Under the pieces are notes generated by a model. It made no database searches. It was given only the letters and a program-made list of their open reading frames with translations, and had not been told where the DNA came from. Positions 62,159 to 64,000 of a stretch of DNA of 64,000 nucleotides are shown piece by piece. Numbering within the stretch: position 1 is the first letter of the stretch; every line of letters begins with the position of its first letter. The stretch covers positions 17,546,001 to 17,610,000 of the forward strand of contig OX597826.1 of NCBI GenBank assembly GCA_951406725.2, in the 5' to 3' direction. The translations under genes and the position numbers were made by a program. Origin of the DNA: Octopus vulgaris. Lineage: Eukaryota.

Positions 62159-62352
62159 CAGCAACAACATCGAAAAATACCTTCGGGATGAGAACCCAAG
62201 TTTGAAATTTCCCCAATACATCCGATGAAGGCTGGTGGGGTATATCAGCCGAAATGTTGTGTTAACAACAAACAAGATGAGGACAAATATCCGTCAAATG
62301 TAAATAATGTAAATAATATACATAATTCCTCGTCTCTTAAATACAGAACTGT
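61871..62352 (+). mobile_element. tRNA-headed, hammerhead-containing SINE-like element (62051-62352) with an inverted headless copy upstream (61871-62047)
   Basis: A box tggtgtagtgg and B box gtttgattcc at 62051-62108; (AAT)n; hammerhead cores at 62217-62263 (+) and 61919-61963 (-). Confidence 0.75.
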
Positions 62353-62612
62353 ATGTGGATGTTCTATAAGAACAAACATTTAAGTGGGTATAAATATTAT
62401 CTCTCCACATTAATACTGCCTGTATAGCTAATATATATTTTCAAATTAATAAATACTTTGTCCTAACATTCCCTTCAGAACAACACTTTCCATGGAAATC
62501 TTTTTCCCTCTGTCTATATTTACTCTCCATTCCCTGATCAGCAACAGTTTACAGAATATCAACCTTACCTTGTTGTCTTCTCTCTCTCTCTCTCTCTTAG
62601 ACTAGGAAGAGT

Positions 62613-62840
62613 TTGACCCTTTAGCATTCACTTTATTCGATCAAAAGTAATGCTTATTTGTTCACATTGTTTTGAATTAATCATGCATTATGTTGTAGCT
62701 TTGAGATTTTGATGAGGTAACTGTTAATTTTCTCAGTGATATTGTCGGGTTGGTGTGAGAGGCCAGATCTGATTTGTTCAAGCATAAAACAGGTAGAATA
62801 TTCTGGCCAGATATGGCTGGTTTAAATGCTAACGTGTCAA
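62613..62840 (+). mobile_element. piggyBac-type MITE, copy 2
   Basis: ttga|ccctttagcatt ... aatgctaacgtg|tcaa, consistent with decayed TTAA-CCC termini. Confidence 0.65.
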
Positions 62841-63788
62841 ACAAGAAGCAGATTTCAAACAGGATGTGAAGAGGAAACTTAATTCACTCTTAAAAAAAAA
62901 AAGAAATTTATAAAACCCTCAGAATAATTTATTATCATCACCGTTGACAAGTAAGTATGAGAGAAAGGCTGATTTATTACTTCACCTATGGTACAATAGT
63001 AATGGAAGTATGAGTTAATTCAATTTTTTATTTTGGCTTCTGAAGAGGAAAGAAGAGGTCATTTGAGACTAGTTGGGGTGAGATAGTGGGGGAGAATGAG
63101 GAGCAACACAACTCAATGGTTACTGCAGTAGGAAGTAATGCACCAAGATCAAGATTATCTTAATAAAGGAGATCTGATCTGAATGATTGCAACAGAGTAG
63201 ACTTCATTAGAGCATCAAAAGGCTAAACAGTAGAGTTAAAGTGAGAAATAGATCAGGTCTGTAGTTGGGAAAAACTGGTATAACATGAAATCCACCCTTG
63301 TATTGGAACTCCAAATGAGTGGGCATGCAGTAACATTAACAACAAGAGTGTCTTTAACTTACAGTAGCAGTTCAACTCCATCTGCAGGCAATGGGCAGTG
63401 ATCACTGAGATGAAGACACTTGTAAAGATGACTCTATTGAAGCTATTACAATCTACAGATGGTCTACAGATGAATTCAATGCAAACCAGCCATGAAAAAC
63501 AAACAACGAGGTAGATATAAACAATGAATAATGTTATCATCATCATTGCTGTCATCATTGCTGCCTTCACCACAATCATCATCACCACCACCACCACCAC
63601 CACCACCACATCCATCATCATCATCATCACCTTCACCATTATTACCCAATGCTCCAGTTACTACTGGTATTGTTTTCACCTTCATGCCTCACATTTTGAA
63701 TTCGCCAATTTTATGATCTTTGTACATTGACAATTTCCCCACGTTTTTTTGGGGGCAATATTTTGGTTAGAAGGAGCTGCAATGTCTA

Positions 63789-64000
63789 CAAGGGCCGGCT
63801 GAAAAGTTCATAGGCTGACCAAGATACTCTCACAGAATGTGACCTAATGAGGTTTATCGTACAACATAGTCCCTCTTGCAGTCTGCACACTTCTTCTGTC
63901 AGTGTTGCAGTGCTTTGATCCCATTGCTGAAGAAGCCTTTCACTCTGTTGGTCAAAAAATGTCAACAGCAGACATGACATTATCTCTGTGACACTAGTTC
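63789..64000 (-). mobile_element. Mariner 3' end running off the window
   Basis: TA|caagggccggctgaaaagttc terminus; minus strand reads FFSNGIKALQH..KKCADCKRDYV, a typical mariner C-terminus. Confidence 0.8.

Overview
AT-rich, repeat-dense eukaryotic DNA with no operons, rRNA, true tRNA genes or CRISPR arrays. The SINE and LINE families look like those of octopod cephalopods (Octopus); this is recognition from memory, not a database result. The only host gene I can support is missed by the ORF track: three phase-compatible 3' exons on the + strand (6796-6876, 7527-7605, 9503-9698) encoding the stalk, single transmembrane helix and Tyr-motif/acidic cytoplasmic tail of an unidentified type I membrane protein. 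The rest is nested, decayed transposons: tRNA-derived SINEs, RTE and CR1 LINEs, two Gypsy lineages, mariner/Tc1 copies, a Helitron with a PIF1 fragment, MITEs, Penelope-like elements (PLEs) and microsatellites. The most interesting theme is a set of small non-coding repeats with PLE-type hammerhead ribozyme cores and fold-back (inverted-repeat) architecture. One has a tRNA-like Pol III head fused to a hammerhead (61871-62352), and all lie among PLE RT/GIY-YIG relics. Repeat boundaries were read by eye and are approximate.
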